From NCBI GenBank assembly GCA_040285825.1, contig JAUPSS010000002.1, positions 1,550,001 to 1,614,000 on the forward strand: a stretch of DNA of 64,000 nt. Direction: 5' to 3'. Of this stretch, positions 33,478-44,862 are shown piece by piece. The position numbers and the translations under genes are program-made. This stretch comes from Eukaryota sp. TZLM1-RC (lineage: Eukaryota > Protista > Metamonada: BaSk clade). Below the pieces are notes generated by a model. It was not told where the DNA came from and made no database searches. It saw nothing but the letters and a program-made list of their open reading frames with translations. Position 1 is the first letter of the stretch, and each line of letters begins with the position of its first letter.

Positions 33478-33795
33478 TCACTGCGTTTTAGGAATTATAT
33501 CGACTTTGCTATCCTCTACGCTTCCCCACAATACCTTATGTGTCGTATACTCTAGATCGACACCTTTTGGACCTGCTCTTCCTCCCATATCTTTGGGTAA
33601 CTCTTCACCAGGTCCAAAATGCAAAACACCACTGTATTCACCTGGTTCGAATGAAGTGGCAAGACCAGTGTCAGGGTCTAGTTGAGCAGCATTTCTTCCT
33701 GCTCGTGCCCCTCCTGGCATGAGCGAACCACTCTTGTATCTTTTAGTGGTTTCAAACGTTTCAGAAGTAGCAGTATCTTCTCTTAGAGGTTGCAT
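33478..33795 (-). CDS. Small Gly-rich two-repeat protein A (unknown family)
   Basis: KRYKSGSLMPGGARAG..DPDTG..SGVLHFGPGEELPK; paralogous to the divergently oriented neighbour. Confidence 0.75.
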   Translation of the reverse strand: MQPLREDTATSETFETTKRYKSGSLMPGGARAGRNAAQLDPDTGLATSFEPGEYSGVLHFGPGEELPKDMGGRAGPKGVDLEYTTHKVLWGSVEDSKVDIIPKTQ

Positions 33796-33917
33796 TGAAT
33801 ATGATAAATACAAAATTATCCAGGTAAGTCTATTCAAAAAGGTTAGTTGTTGATATCTACTAAGAGGATATCCGATTGACTTAAAAGACAATGATAAAAA
33901 AATATAGTTATTCTAAA

Positions 33918-34298
33918 ATGTCAAGACGTAATCCAGCAAGATCGGCAAGACCTAAATTTCAATATGAGGAGGTTGAAGAAGAGACACTTGCAACAGAGGA
34001 GCAACCAAAGCAACAACCCAAGAGCACAAAAGCAGCCCAAAAGCCCCTACAAATGAAACAACCAGGACATTCCTATAAACGTTATGGTCCTGGTCAACTG
34101 ATGCCAGGAGGAAAAAGAGCCGGGAAAGGAGGTTGTGACAAAGACCTCGAAACAGGGGAAGAGATTCACTATGAAGAACCACAAAAATCTGGAGTTGAAC
34201 ATCTTGGTAAGGGTCAAATTCTACCAAAAAACGCTGGAAGATGTGAGAAATCAGAAGGATGTGACGTAGATCTCGAAACTGGAGAACGATTGGATTAA
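33918..34298 (+). CDS. Small Gly-rich two-repeat protein B (unknown family)
   Basis: KRYGPGQLMPGGKRAG..DLETG..SGVEHLGKGQILPK..GCDVDLETG. Confidence 0.75.
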   Translation: MSRRNPARSARPKFQYEEVEEETLATEEQPKQQPKSTKAAQKPLQMKQPGHSYKRYGPGQLMPGGKRAGKGGCDKDLETGEEIHYEEPQKSGVEHLGKGQILPKNAGRCEKSEGCDVDLETGERLD

Positions 34299-34636
34299 GT
34301 AGGGTAATATCGTAATAAACAATGGATTAATAAATTTTGTACATTTCCAAAGGACATTAAAAAATTGTACTCAACACTCCAAACATGGCGTTTTGAATAC
34401 CCCCTATAGGAAACACAACAACTTCCTTGTTTAACAGATATGTTGACAAGGGTATAAACATTGTAAATTTTGAATATCAAAAAACATTGAAAGCTAAAAA
34501 CCTTACAAAATAGAGAAATAGCAAAGAAAAAATCAATGAAGTTCTGAAAAACATTGAAATGTAATTGTAGTATATACGAATGTCTTGACAAACAAAAATA
34601 GCAGCAAAACATTAAAAATAAACTCACTTGATGAAA

Positions 34637-35185
34637 TCATAATTCCACTGAAAAAACTTCATTAGAAGCCAAATCTCTACATTCTACTAAGTTCTGCTCA
34701 ATAAGTTTAATCACTTCAACTTTTCTTCCACCAATGATAAGAACATCACCTACCTTAGCTGATGGAAGGTCCTGCAGGTCTCTGTCTGAGAAGGTTCTTT
34801 TGGCTGCACGGTCAGAAGAAAAACCGAGACCATGACGTGATTTTGATGAGAAAGTACGTGACTTTGAAGAATCAGAATCTATGTTGTCAATGTCAAGACC
34901 CATGGATTGTAAGTAGCGCATACCAAAAGAAGCTACTGGAACAGTATCATAATCAAAATTATCATTCTCCTGGGGTTCAGGGAGCGATGTTGTATGAGCA
35001 GAAGAAGAGGTCACACCAGGAGATGGTGGGTGAGCAACTTCAATATTTGGTGAAGCTGAAGAAGATGAACATTTGAGTGAGAAAGTGGTAATCGACTCAC
35101 CAACGCGAGACTTGGAGGTCGTGGAAGTTGTACCTATATGAGATCCTGCCTCATCAATATCAAAGCTGAAATCACTGAAATCCAT
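34637..35185 (-). CDS. Spp2/MOS2/GPKOW-like G-patch splicing factor
   Basis: YDTVPVASFGMRYLQSMG...HGLG G-patch_2 motif; KOW-like C-terminus. Confidence 0.7.
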   Translation of the reverse strand: MDFSDFSFDIDEAGSHIGTTSTTSKSRVGESITTFSLKCSSSSASPNIEVAHPPSPGVTSSSAHTTSLPEPQENDNFDYDTVPVASFGMRYLQSMGLDIDNIDSDSSKSRTFSSKSRHGLGFSSDRAAKRTFSDRDLQDLPSAKVGDVLIIGGRKVEVIKLIEQNLVECRDLASNEVFSVEL

Positions 35186-35395
35186 TGTTACAGAGGATGG
35201 AATATGTGTCCTTTTGACACCAATACAAAAGGACTGAAGTAGATTCTTGTTGATACCCTCTTTTTGATTCTTCTTTATCAGTATCTGCCTCATCAATCAC
35301 ATGAATCACCTTTGGATCTCTGATATCATCAATTAGACTATCCTTATAACCGTCATACGGTTTAAGTCAAAAAAAAACTTCCAATTTAAGCTCTT

Positions 35396-36278
35396 AAGGA
35401 TATTCGTGATAGCTCTGCTACTGCTTTAGTAACTCAAATTCCCTCTGTTTATGGACTTTTGTCAAAAAACAATGAATGGCTTTTAAACATGCGTTTTCGT
35501 TGTTTTCTGTGGCCAAACAATTTGCCCAATCATTTAACTTGTAAATGTGGAAAACCTCTTTTGTTTACTCATCTTTTGAACTGTGAACATTTCATTATAT
35601 TTAGAAGCAAAGTGCATAATAACGTCAGGGACCAAATTTATGTAATGTGCAATTCATATCGAGTAGATTCCTTTTTAGAACCGCTGTTATCAAAACTAAT
35701 TCTTGATGACCCCAATATTGATAGTCCGCGTTACAACAGAGCTTCTATGGGTCTGACAAGAGGTGATCTAGTTGTTCCCGGTTTAAATGGTAGTTTTACT
35801 ATTTTAGACGCCATGTCTATTGACCTTTGTAATTCCTCTAACGAACATCTCATTAACTCGGATGTAAATAATCCTCTTCTTGCAGGCGAAAAATATAAAA
35901 TTGCTAAATACGCGAAACCCATTTCCTCGATTAATGAAAATTCTCATGCTCAATATAATTTATGTCCCTTTGTTTTTTCTTTGCTTGGTTCTTTGGGTAA
36001 GGCTGCTATGGCTTTCCTTGAGGATTTTGTTGTAGTTGCAAAGAAAAGAACTGGAAGAATTTTCAATCGTGTTTACTGGCAAAACAGGATTGTATTTTCT
36101 ATTTTTAAGGGAATGGTAAAACTGATTTCTGATTCACTATCTTCTTTTGGGAAATTTTCTGAATCTTTGGCAATTAATTGTTTTGATGTTGGGGAGGCAG
36201 GTTTTGAGGATGTGGAGTTTTAATTGTGTATTTTATGTTTTCATATTTGTTGTTGAATAGAATATTTTTAGGGAAAAA
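35396..36278 (+). mobile_element. RLE retrotransposon subfamily C, 5'-truncated, with 13-bp TSD
   Basis: Zinc finger plus RGD endonuclease ending GFEDVEF; short A tail; TSD aatttaagctctt at 35383-35395 and 36279-36291. Confidence 0.92.
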
Positions 36279-37224
36279 AATTTAAGCTCTTTGGGATAAG
36301 TAATATCTGAGAAAGTAGAATTTCTCAATTTTCATTGCTCAGATGCATTAAGGTCACTATTATTTTCCGCAATATCATTGTGATTACTGTTCTCAATTTC
36401 CATGGCTCTTAATAGTTTGTGCAAATATAACTAGCTAATATATAAATATACGAAATATAAGATAAATAAATCATTCTACTAATTGTTTAAGCGAATTCAA
36501 TATGTGAATTTTGAAGAAATGGTTATAATAATTGATATTTTTAAAATCAACGTTACAGTAATGTTCATCTCTGGTTGGTGAGCTTTCTAGATGGTCAGAA
36601 ATACAGACATTGTTCTCAATTAACAATATGAGAAACAATTTCTGAAATAACCTTTGGCTTAGTTTTACAGAAAGAGAGTGACTGTTCTTTTGCAAGAGCT
36701 ACAATAACTTCATGATCATCACTGAAGAAATATCAATTAAACGTCTCCTGACACCAAAACTTCCTGATCTCAATACAACAGCTCGTCTCTTTCTCAGCGA
36801 CTTTTGAACAGAAAAGAGGGAGGAGTCTTTCGCACCAGAACATGTTCCTTCATTTTCAACACAGATATAGAACAGCTTTTGTCTTGAATGGCAAAGACTT
36901 TACTTGAGCTGAAGTAATGGAATAGAATTCAAGTGACAACATACTAGTATACTTGTATGGTAAATACTCCACAATCATACAAATTTGATTGGAATAGTGT
37001 AGATAAATTTTGAACCATATTGAAACCTAGATTTTCAAAACAGTTGAATTGATTTTTTCAAAGTTTGGATTTTGTCGAAATTTTTGAGTGTTGAAGTCCA
37101 CTCAGAATTTTATTGAACTCCAACAATGTATAAAATAAGGCTCTGACTAAATGCACCACTAAGTGCACCATAGTTTCTATTTCTTTGGCTGAATGCACCT
37201 GAATGAATGGTAAAAAATGTAATG

Positions 37225-37390
37225 AAATTCATTGAGCCAACATTTCCTCTACAAAATCCTGATCTGCTTATTTCTCGCCATTGCTTTTCTTATTCGATGG
37301 AAAACCGTGGTAATCATTTAATGATGGCAAATTGAATTGGAGAGCGTTATAGAAAGTTATCAAATCTGTTCATTGTTTATTCCTGAACCT
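37225..37390 (-). mobile_element. Old subfamily-A 3' fragment
   Basis: atttcctctacaaaatcctgatctgct etc. match the subfamily-A C-terminus. Confidence 0.7.
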
Positions 37391-37723
37391 ATATTATTGA
37401 AGTTCGATAAAACATTTGTTGTGTCGTGATCAATCAAAAAGAGATCCTTGTGTTGGTCTGAATTTGATCCAGAATACCCAATGTTGACCAGTTAATTGTC
37501 AATTAACCAGCCAATTTAAGGTTCATCACTGCAAACTAATGATTTGAATGAATTCAAATAGTGTCTTTCATCTTGTTCGTGATTACCGGGAAAAACCACA
37601 AAGTTGCCAAGTTATTACCATGTTATGACACTTAGATTTTGCTTTGTTTTACCTTGTCACTGTAGAGCATGTCTACAGTGGCTTTGTTTTCAAACTGATT
37701 AACAGTGTTTTTAAGTTTTCTCA

Positions 37724-38878
37724 ATGACATCCCAACCAACAGTTTCCCAATTCCCCGAAAAGCAGAAGCCTGGCGAGTCCACTGCTCGTATTGAACATCC
37801 ATTTGCTCCCTTAGAGGAGGTGTCCAAACCGTCCCTGAAGAAGGCTATGTTTTCTGTTCCTTTGGCTGGAATCATCTGCGGATTTATTCTACTCAAAACT
37901 CAATTGTATTTGCCTCAGGTAATTAGAGATCAGTTCAGTATCATCAGTGATCCCAAACATGCTGATTATACTCTCTTGGTTTTTGGACTATCCGCAATTG
38001 CTGCCAGCTCAGTTGTGTTCTCTGTAATTAGCATGATTGCCCCCAACGTGTTTAAGTCATTGCGCAATCCATTGTACAACACTAACCAAGGACGTATTGC
38101 TTCGTTTGCTGGAAGTCTTCTTGTAGGTAGTGGTATGGCAATGAATGGACACACTCCACTCGTTCTAATGACACAGCTCTGTACCAACTGTACCAACTAC
38201 AACCCATTTCTTGGAATGCTCACTGGAGCAAGTGTGGCAATGCTGGTTAAACCCTACCTACGTATGTTTTTGTCGTTGAGGGCTTCAAAACAAAAAGCTA
38301 AACCGTATATGGACACACAACTGAACATGAACACTGCATTCTTTTTGTCTCTTCAAGCTCTTGTCTTCACGGCACTCGCCATTGCTGCTTCACATTTCTT
38401 GTTGAAGTGGACCATTTACTCTGGATGGGTTACCTTCAGTATGAATAGCATGATCCATCACCCTCTGCTTTCTGGGCAGATTTATGGACTAATCAATTTC
38501 CTTCTTGTACCATCTGTAATGAGTGGCATTTCAGCCTATAAGCCTTTCGCTTTGCTCGCTCAATCTGCTGTGGCAATGTTTCCGAAACTTGGAATGGTAC
38601 AACCTCCTCGCAATTTGGAGAACTATTGGCAGTTCCTTTTCCTTGCATTCACCTTTGGTTCCAGCTTCCTCGGCAAACGTTTCACTCCAGTTGCCGAATC
38701 CTGTGAAATTGCTGACCCCAGAAGAGATTTTGTTGGATCATTCCTTCAAATGTTTGGTGCACAATTGGCATCTGGTGATCCATCCTATATAATGAACCAC
38801 GTTGCAATGGGAAGTAACTACGAATCACTTTTAGGTATGGGAATTGGTGGTGTTCTGACCAATACATTTGTCATGTAG
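37724..38878 (+). CDS. YeeE/YedE (sulfur transport) family membrane protein, divergent
   Basis: GIICGFILLK..PQVIRDQF, GSLLVGSGMAMNG, VGSFLQMFGAQLASG; multiple TM helices with two-fold internal symmetry. Confidence 0.7.
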   Translation: MTSQPTVSQFPEKQKPGESTARIEHPFAPLEEVSKPSLKKAMFSVPLAGIICGFILLKTQLYLPQVIRDQFSIISDPKHADYTLLVFGLSAIAASSVVFSVISMIAPNVFKSLRNPLYNTNQGRIASFAGSLLVGSGMAMNGHTPLVLMTQLCTNCTNYNPFLGMLTGASVAMLVKPYLRMFLSLRASKQKAKPYMDTQLNMNTAFFLSLQALVFTALAIAASHFLLKWTIYSGWVTFSMNSMIHHPLLSGQIYGLINFLLVPSVMSGISAYKPFALLAQSAVAMFPKLGMVQPPRNLENYWQFLFLAFTFGSSFLGKRFTPVAESCEIADPRRDFVGSFLQMFGAQLASGDPSYIMNHVAMGSNYESLLGMGIGGVLTNTFVM

Positions 38879-38951
38879 AGCAAGCAAATAAAGATTTTTC
38901 TATAAGATTTTTAGTTGAAAACGATAATCTGAATAATAGTAAAGAAACAAG

Positions 38952-39338
38952 CTAATAGTGAACAACCACATTAGAAAACTCTGGAACCCAATCATATGGA
39001 TGAACGGGAAGCACAACAGATGCCAACTTCCACATGTAGAGAACTAACGCTATCGAATATAACAAAACGTAAACAAACTTATCTTTGCGAGTTGGCTCAT
39101 CAGTAGCAACCTTAAAAGCTTCATCAACATTAACAAGATTGCGGAAACATTTGAATATCCAAAAGCTTTGGAATATCAATGACAATGTACTGAGAGACTT
39201 GGCTTGACGCGAAAACTTTAAAGACATTATGGACATGAAAACAGATTGCAACGCTCGAAGTGAGATGCTTCGTGAGGTTTTCGATTGAGACATGCCGGGA
39301 AAGGAAGGAAGAGCATGCGACTCAGGATGAGACGACAT
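38952..39338 (-). CDS. ER membrane complex subunit 4-like
   Basis: NVDEAFK...KFVYVLL...MWKL...LPVHPYDW resembles the EMC4 C-terminus. Confidence 0.55.
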   Translation of the reverse strand: MSSHPESHALPSFPGMSQSKTSRSISLRALQSVFMSIMSLKFSRQAKSLSTLSLIFQSFWIFKCFRNLVNVDEAFKVATDEPTRKDKFVYVLLYSIALVLYMWKLASVVLPVHPYDWVPEFSNVVVHY

Positions 39339-39419
39339 CGGCTTGCAGCACAAAAATGTCAAATAGTAACTCGTTGAGATAACTGGAATATGAAGATGAA
39401 ATGATCAACAATATCAATA

Positions 39420-41187
39420 TTTTTTCTAATATATATTATTATATTCATTTAACAAGAAATATGAAAACATAAAATACACAATTAAAACTCCACATCCTCA
39501 AAACCTGCCTCCCCTACATCAAAACAATAAATTGTCAAAGATTCAGAAAATTTCCCAAAAGAAGACAGTGAATCAGAAATCAGTTTTACCATTCCCTTAA
39601 AAATAGAAAATACAATCCTGTTTTGCCAGTAAACACGATTGAAAATTCTTCCAGTTCTTTCCTCTACAACTACAACAAAATTTTCAATGAAAGCCATAGC
39701 AGCCTTACCCAAAGATCCAAGCAAAGAAAAAACAAAGGGACAAAAATTATATTGGGCATGAGAATTTTCATTAACCGAGGAAATGGGTTTCGCATATTTA
39801 GCAATTTTATATTTTTCGCCTGCAAGAAAAGGATTATTTACATTCGACTTAATGAGATGTTCGTTAGAGGAATTACAAGGGTCAATAGACTTGGCGTCTA
39901 AAATAGTAAAACTACCATTTAAACCGGGAACAACTAGATCACCTCTTGTCAAACCCATAGAAGTTCTGTTGTTGCGCGTACTATCAATATTGGGGTCATC
40001 AAGAATTAATTTTGATAACAACGGCTCTAAAAAGGAATCTACTCGATGCGATTTGCACATTACATAAATTTGGTCCCTGACATTATTATGCACTTTGCTT
40101 CTAAATGTAATGAAATGTTTACAGTTCACAAGATCAGTAACCAAAAGAGGTTTACCACTATTACAAGTTAAATGATTGGGCAAATTGTTGGGCCACAGAA
40201 AACAACGAAAACGCATGTTTAAAAGCCATTCATTGTTTCTTAACAAAAGTCCATAAACAGAGGAAATTTGAGTTACTAAAGCAGCAGCAGAACTATCACG
40301 AATGTCCTTTAAAAAATTACCGAAAGCGGGATCTTCAGTTTTGGCCAAGTCAAGTCTTACTTCATAATCCAAGCCTTTATATAATTTAACCAGATGGTGC
40401 TGAAGCTCTTTCAGGCAAAAACGTAAATTTCGAAGTGATCGGGTGGGAATTTCTTGAACATTTTGAGGAAAACACTGAATCCAGATATCACTAGGCAAAT
40501 TATCTAATTCAATTTGAAGTTGATTCAAATAAAAATTTGATTCACCATGGATAAAATGAATCTCATAAGGAAACCTTTGGAAAAATTCAACAATAAATTT
40601 TTTCCACCTCGTAAAAAAGCTGCTCTACATAAAATCGAAGATTTCGTGAATCCAATTCCATCCAATTCAGCAGAACAAAAAACATGACTTAGAATTAAAG
40701 AATCATTTATCTCCGATAAAGAAGACAAAAATTTGACCCGAAGTTTGTTGAAATACTGAAGGAGGAGTTGATCTTAAAATATGAGTGAATTTTCCAGAAT
40801 AGCATATTTTTAAAATAATAAATTTGATGTGTTTTTCAATATCACATTCAGCAATAAAACTAAGATCCTTGTCAGAATTCTCCGATAAATTGTTCTACTG
40901 GGATTAAATTTCATCCAAATTACTTAACCAACATCCAAGAAACTTGAGCGCTGGTTGTTCATAATTAATAAAGAGAATGTGAGCCCCATCAATCAATAAA
41001 GCTTGTTTTGTTCTTCCAATCAAGAGACATTTTGCTGGATTTGAGGCTAATTCAAGGTCTTTGTATTTCGCAGCAATGCCTTCAGAAACCCTACAAATGC
41101 TGTCATAAGAAATGTCATCCATATAAGCAACAATACGTAATTCATTGAATTCTTTCTGGGTCATTTCAATAGTATTATGGATGGCCA
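39420..41187 (-). mobile_element. RLE retrotransposon subfamily C, degenerate
   Basis: AYMDD, KFLGCWL, zinc finger and endonuclease; close to 35396-36278. Confidence 0.9.
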
Positions 41188-41212
41188 AATATCAAACATC
41201 AATATGAATCAA

Positions 41213-42512
41213 TCTTCATGGCATTAGATTTTTGTCGTTCTTTTGATTCATTAAAAACAGAATTTTTTGCTGATTTATTGGATGTAGAACCAGGAATGTT
41301 GAAAAATCACTTATTTTCTTCAGCACATTTGGGTGGTATTGGATTTACTAAATCTTCTATTTTGTGTCAATCAGCATTGTTGGGTGGATGCAAGAATTCT
41401 ATTTATGAATTTTCTCGTGCATTTCCTGAAGATTCTCATCTGTTAGTTCTCAGTTGCAGTCCATATTTGAATGAGTTATCTTGTGAATTTGATAGATTGC
41501 CACCACAAATTTTAGACCAAATGTTTTTTCCAATCAATTCAAGAAATTCCAAACCGATCTCTTTTTAATTTGCAGTATTGCTGTAGAAAGCTTCAACAAA
41601 AATTGTCAAAAAAATTGGAAGTTTGGATTTTGATGTTAGAAATGGCTTGGCCAAGAAAAAGAATCCCGCTTTTGCAAATCTTTTACAAGATATGTGTGAT
41701 AGTACTTCTTCTGCCTTAGTAACAACAATTCTTTAAGTTTATGGTACTCTCTTAACTGATTCTGCTTGGACTTTGAATATGAGATTTCGTTCCTTAATCT
41801 GGCCTGATCATTTACCTCATAATTTAATTTGTAAATGTTCTCGAAATATTACTATTACTCATTTGTTAAATTGTAAACATTTTATTACTTTTAGAAGCAA
41901 GGTTCACGATGCTGTAAGAGAGCAGTTATATTGTATGTGTAAGTCTCATAGAATTGAAGCCTTTTTGGAACCTCTGTTGTCAAATCTGTTTGATACTGAA
42001 GAAGATGATTTTCATAAGAATAATAGAGGTGATGTCATGTTACTTGGATTAGATGGAACCTTCATTATATTGGATGTAATGTCTGTTGATCCTTGTAATT
42101 CCTCAAATGTAAGGCTTGTTAACTCTGAAATTCATAATCCTCTTTCAATTGCTGAAAATTTCAAAATCAAAAAAACAATAAACCTTTGTCCGAATTGTCC
42201 AGTCAACAGCATGCAAAATACTATTTGTATCCATTTGTATTTTCTCTTTTTGGTTCACTTGCTCCAACCGCTGTACGTTTTTTAGCAGATTTTGAAATGA
42301 TTGTAAAGAGAAGAACTAACAGAAATTTCAACAGATTGGTTTGGCAAAATAGAATTGTGTTTTCTATTTTTAAGGGGATGTTGAAGATGGTTTCTGATGC
42401 TTTGCTTTTTCTTGGATCTCACTATGAGAGAGTTTCATTTAGTGTTTTTGTTTTGGGAGAGATGGATTATTAAGATGTTGATTTATAGGTTTTTTATAAA
42501 ATTGATAAAAAG
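41213..42512 (+). mobile_element. RLE retrotransposon subfamily B with 12-bp TSD
   Basis: Homologous to 8475-9740; TSD aatatgaatcaa at 41201-41212 and 42513-42524. Confidence 0.92.
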
Positions 42513-42824
42513 AATATGAATCAAGATCTTTTCAAAACTTGACGTCTTTCATTTCCTTTAACATACTGATCCACAACATGAATCATTTTAAGAACAGCAT
42601 TGACATTACGATTCAATAACTCATCTACTTGTTGGGAAAAGTTGTTTTTTTGATTTAGAGTAATTAGTCACCTACTTGAAGATTGAAACAAAATATCAAA
42701 ACAAAATAATGTTATTACTTTTAGTTTTTTTGTTGATCTTGTTATTTTGGTGTCTGAACAACATTTCAGTCATTTGAGAAAGCTTAAATTCAAAACTTCA
42801 TCTAAAATAATTTTATCATTCTGT

Positions 42825-43404
42825 ATTTATTCAATTTGCATACTTAATTAAATTAACTCATAACTAATGGGACGACTATCACTGAACCAAGATTTCCTCT
42901 ACAAAATCTTGATCTGCTTGCTGTCTAGCTAAAACTTGTCTTATTCGATTAAAAACCGAGCTAATCTATTAGTAATGGCAAATTGAATCCGTGAACGCCA
43001 TAAAAAAATATCAAATCTGTTCATTGTTTTTTCTTGCACCATTGTTTGGAAGTCATTCAAAAAAGTTTCTGCTTCAACTGATAATCTTCCGTTTATCGAA
43101 AATGGGAAAGCAATAAAAACCAGTTGTGTATTTCTATCGACATTAGCCTCTTCAATATCTTTATCATATTTTCTATGTTTCTCTTTTGCTTTAAAATCCA
43201 GAGCAGCCACAGGATTAAGTTTTCTTCTGTGAACCAAAGTATCATTTGCAACATTACATGAGACAAAGTCAACAATAGCTTCAGAATTATCAATTCAATC
43301 ACAGTATACATCACCTCTATCATCAGAACCAAAATTATTCAGAGAAAGTGTTTCCTTCAGCAGGGGCTCTTTGAAACACAATATTCTTGCAGTTTGTGCC
43401 ATAT
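42825..43404 (-). mobile_element. RLE retrotransposon subfamily A 3' fragment
   Basis: Endonuclease plus tail; imperfect TSD tttatcaWtct at 42812-42822 and 43407-43417. Confidence 0.9.
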
Positions 43405-43605
43405 AGTTTATCAATCTAAGAAACAAGTTTAGAAAAAAGAATCGGGAACACTATCATCAGTTCCTCGAATCATTGAATACAACATAACAAGATATATTTA
43501 ATTTTGCAGAATCAATCAATTCCTTCTTTTTAAACAACAATTTGTATAAAAAACACAAAAGATTATTTATTAATACAGAACAAAACAAAAAACGAATAAT
43601 TTATC

Positions 43606-44862
43606 TTATGAATAAAGAGAAGCTTCCGGAATTTCGGTCATTTCAGAAAGCTTAACTTCAAAACGGGATTGAATTTCATCTAAAAGACGACCATCGTCTT
43701 CACTGGTAACAAATGAGACAGCTAAACCCTTAGATTGGAAACGACCGGCTCTACCCACACGATGTAGATAGGTATCAGAATTTGGAGGCATATCGAAATT
43801 GATGACAACATTGACCTTTTCTATATCAATTCCTCTTCCTACTAAATCAGTAGCAACAAGAATACGTCCCTTAAAGCTTCTAAATTCTTCATAGATGCGG
43901 GTACGCTCATTTTGGTGCATTCCACCATGGAGTTTTAAGGTTGGAAAGTTATGTTCTCTCAAAAGACCAGCAAGGCGATTAGCACGACCGGGACCTTGGA
44001 CAAAGATTACGACTTGATTGAACTCAAGTTCGTCCATAAGTTCCATAAGCTTTTCACTCTTCTGCTTGTCTTCCACTTTGGCATAGTATTGAAGAAGTCC
44101 ATGGAGGGTTAACTTCCTGTCTTCATCAACACGGATAACAATGGGGTTTTGCATATAGTTCTTACAAACTTCAAGCATTTCAGGGGGCATAGTTGCGGAA
44201 AACATCAGTGTTTGCTTCGACCTTGGAGTCTTCATGAAGATCTCTTGGACATCAGTACGCATGTTGATGTCGGACATAACACGATCAGCTTCGTCAATGA
44301 CAAAGTGTCGGACTTTGTCCAACTCGACATGCTTCTCCCTCACGAGTTGGTGGAGTCTTCCGGGAGTGGCAACAATGATCTGGGGTTTTGTCTGTTTGAG
44401 TGTTTGGATCGTAACATCTGCTCTGATTCCACCGAAAACAGCCATACACCTGATAGGGAAGAGTTTTCCAAAACGATCAAACTCGTTGTGGATCTGTTGT
44501 GCTAACTCCCTAGTGTGGGCAATAACCACAGCGATGATACCAGTTTCAGCTTCAGGTTGAGTGATTTGCTGAAGAATACCAAGAACGAAAACAGCGGTTT
44601 TACCCATACCAGATTTAGCTTGTCCAAGAACATCATGTCCGAGGGTCACCTGTGGAAGTGCTTCCTTCTGGATCTCAGAAGGATGTTCGAAACCAACAGC
44701 GGCTAAAGACTTGAGAAGACGAGGTTGGAGTAAAAAGTCCTTGAAACCCATAGAGTGAATACCAGTAGCGGTACGTTCCTCTGTATGTTCAGCAGCAGTT
44801 TCAACCGTGGGTGCGGCTTCCTCATAATCGATGAGGTCTTCAAGAATAGCAGGATCGGACAT
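43606..44862 (-). CDS. DDX39: UAP56/Sub2/DDX39 RNA helicase
   Basis: EDLIDYE, GIHSMGFKDFLL, GFEHPSE, AKSGMGKTAVF, KLTLHGLLQYY, YLHRVGRAGRF. Confidence 0.93.
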   Translation of the reverse strand: MSDPAILEDLIDYEEAAPTVETAAEHTEERTATGIHSMGFKDFLLQPRLLKSLAAVGFEHPSEIQKEALPQVTLGHDVLGQAKSGMGKTAVFVLGILQQITQPEAETGIIAVVIAHTRELAQQIHNEFDRFGKLFPIRCMAVFGGIRADVTIQTLKQTKPQIIVATPGRLHQLVREKHVELDKVRHFVIDEADRVMSDINMRTDVQEIFMKTPRSKQTLMFSATMPPEMLEVCKNYMQNPIVIRVDEDRKLTLHGLLQYYAKVEDKQKSEKLMELMDELEFNQVVIFVQGPGRANRLAGLLREHNFPTLKLHGGMHQNERTRIYEEFRSFKGRILVATDLVGRGIDIEKVNVVINFDMPPNSDTYLHRVGRAGRFQSKGLAVSFVTSEDDGRLLDEIQSRFEVKLSEMTEIPEASLYS

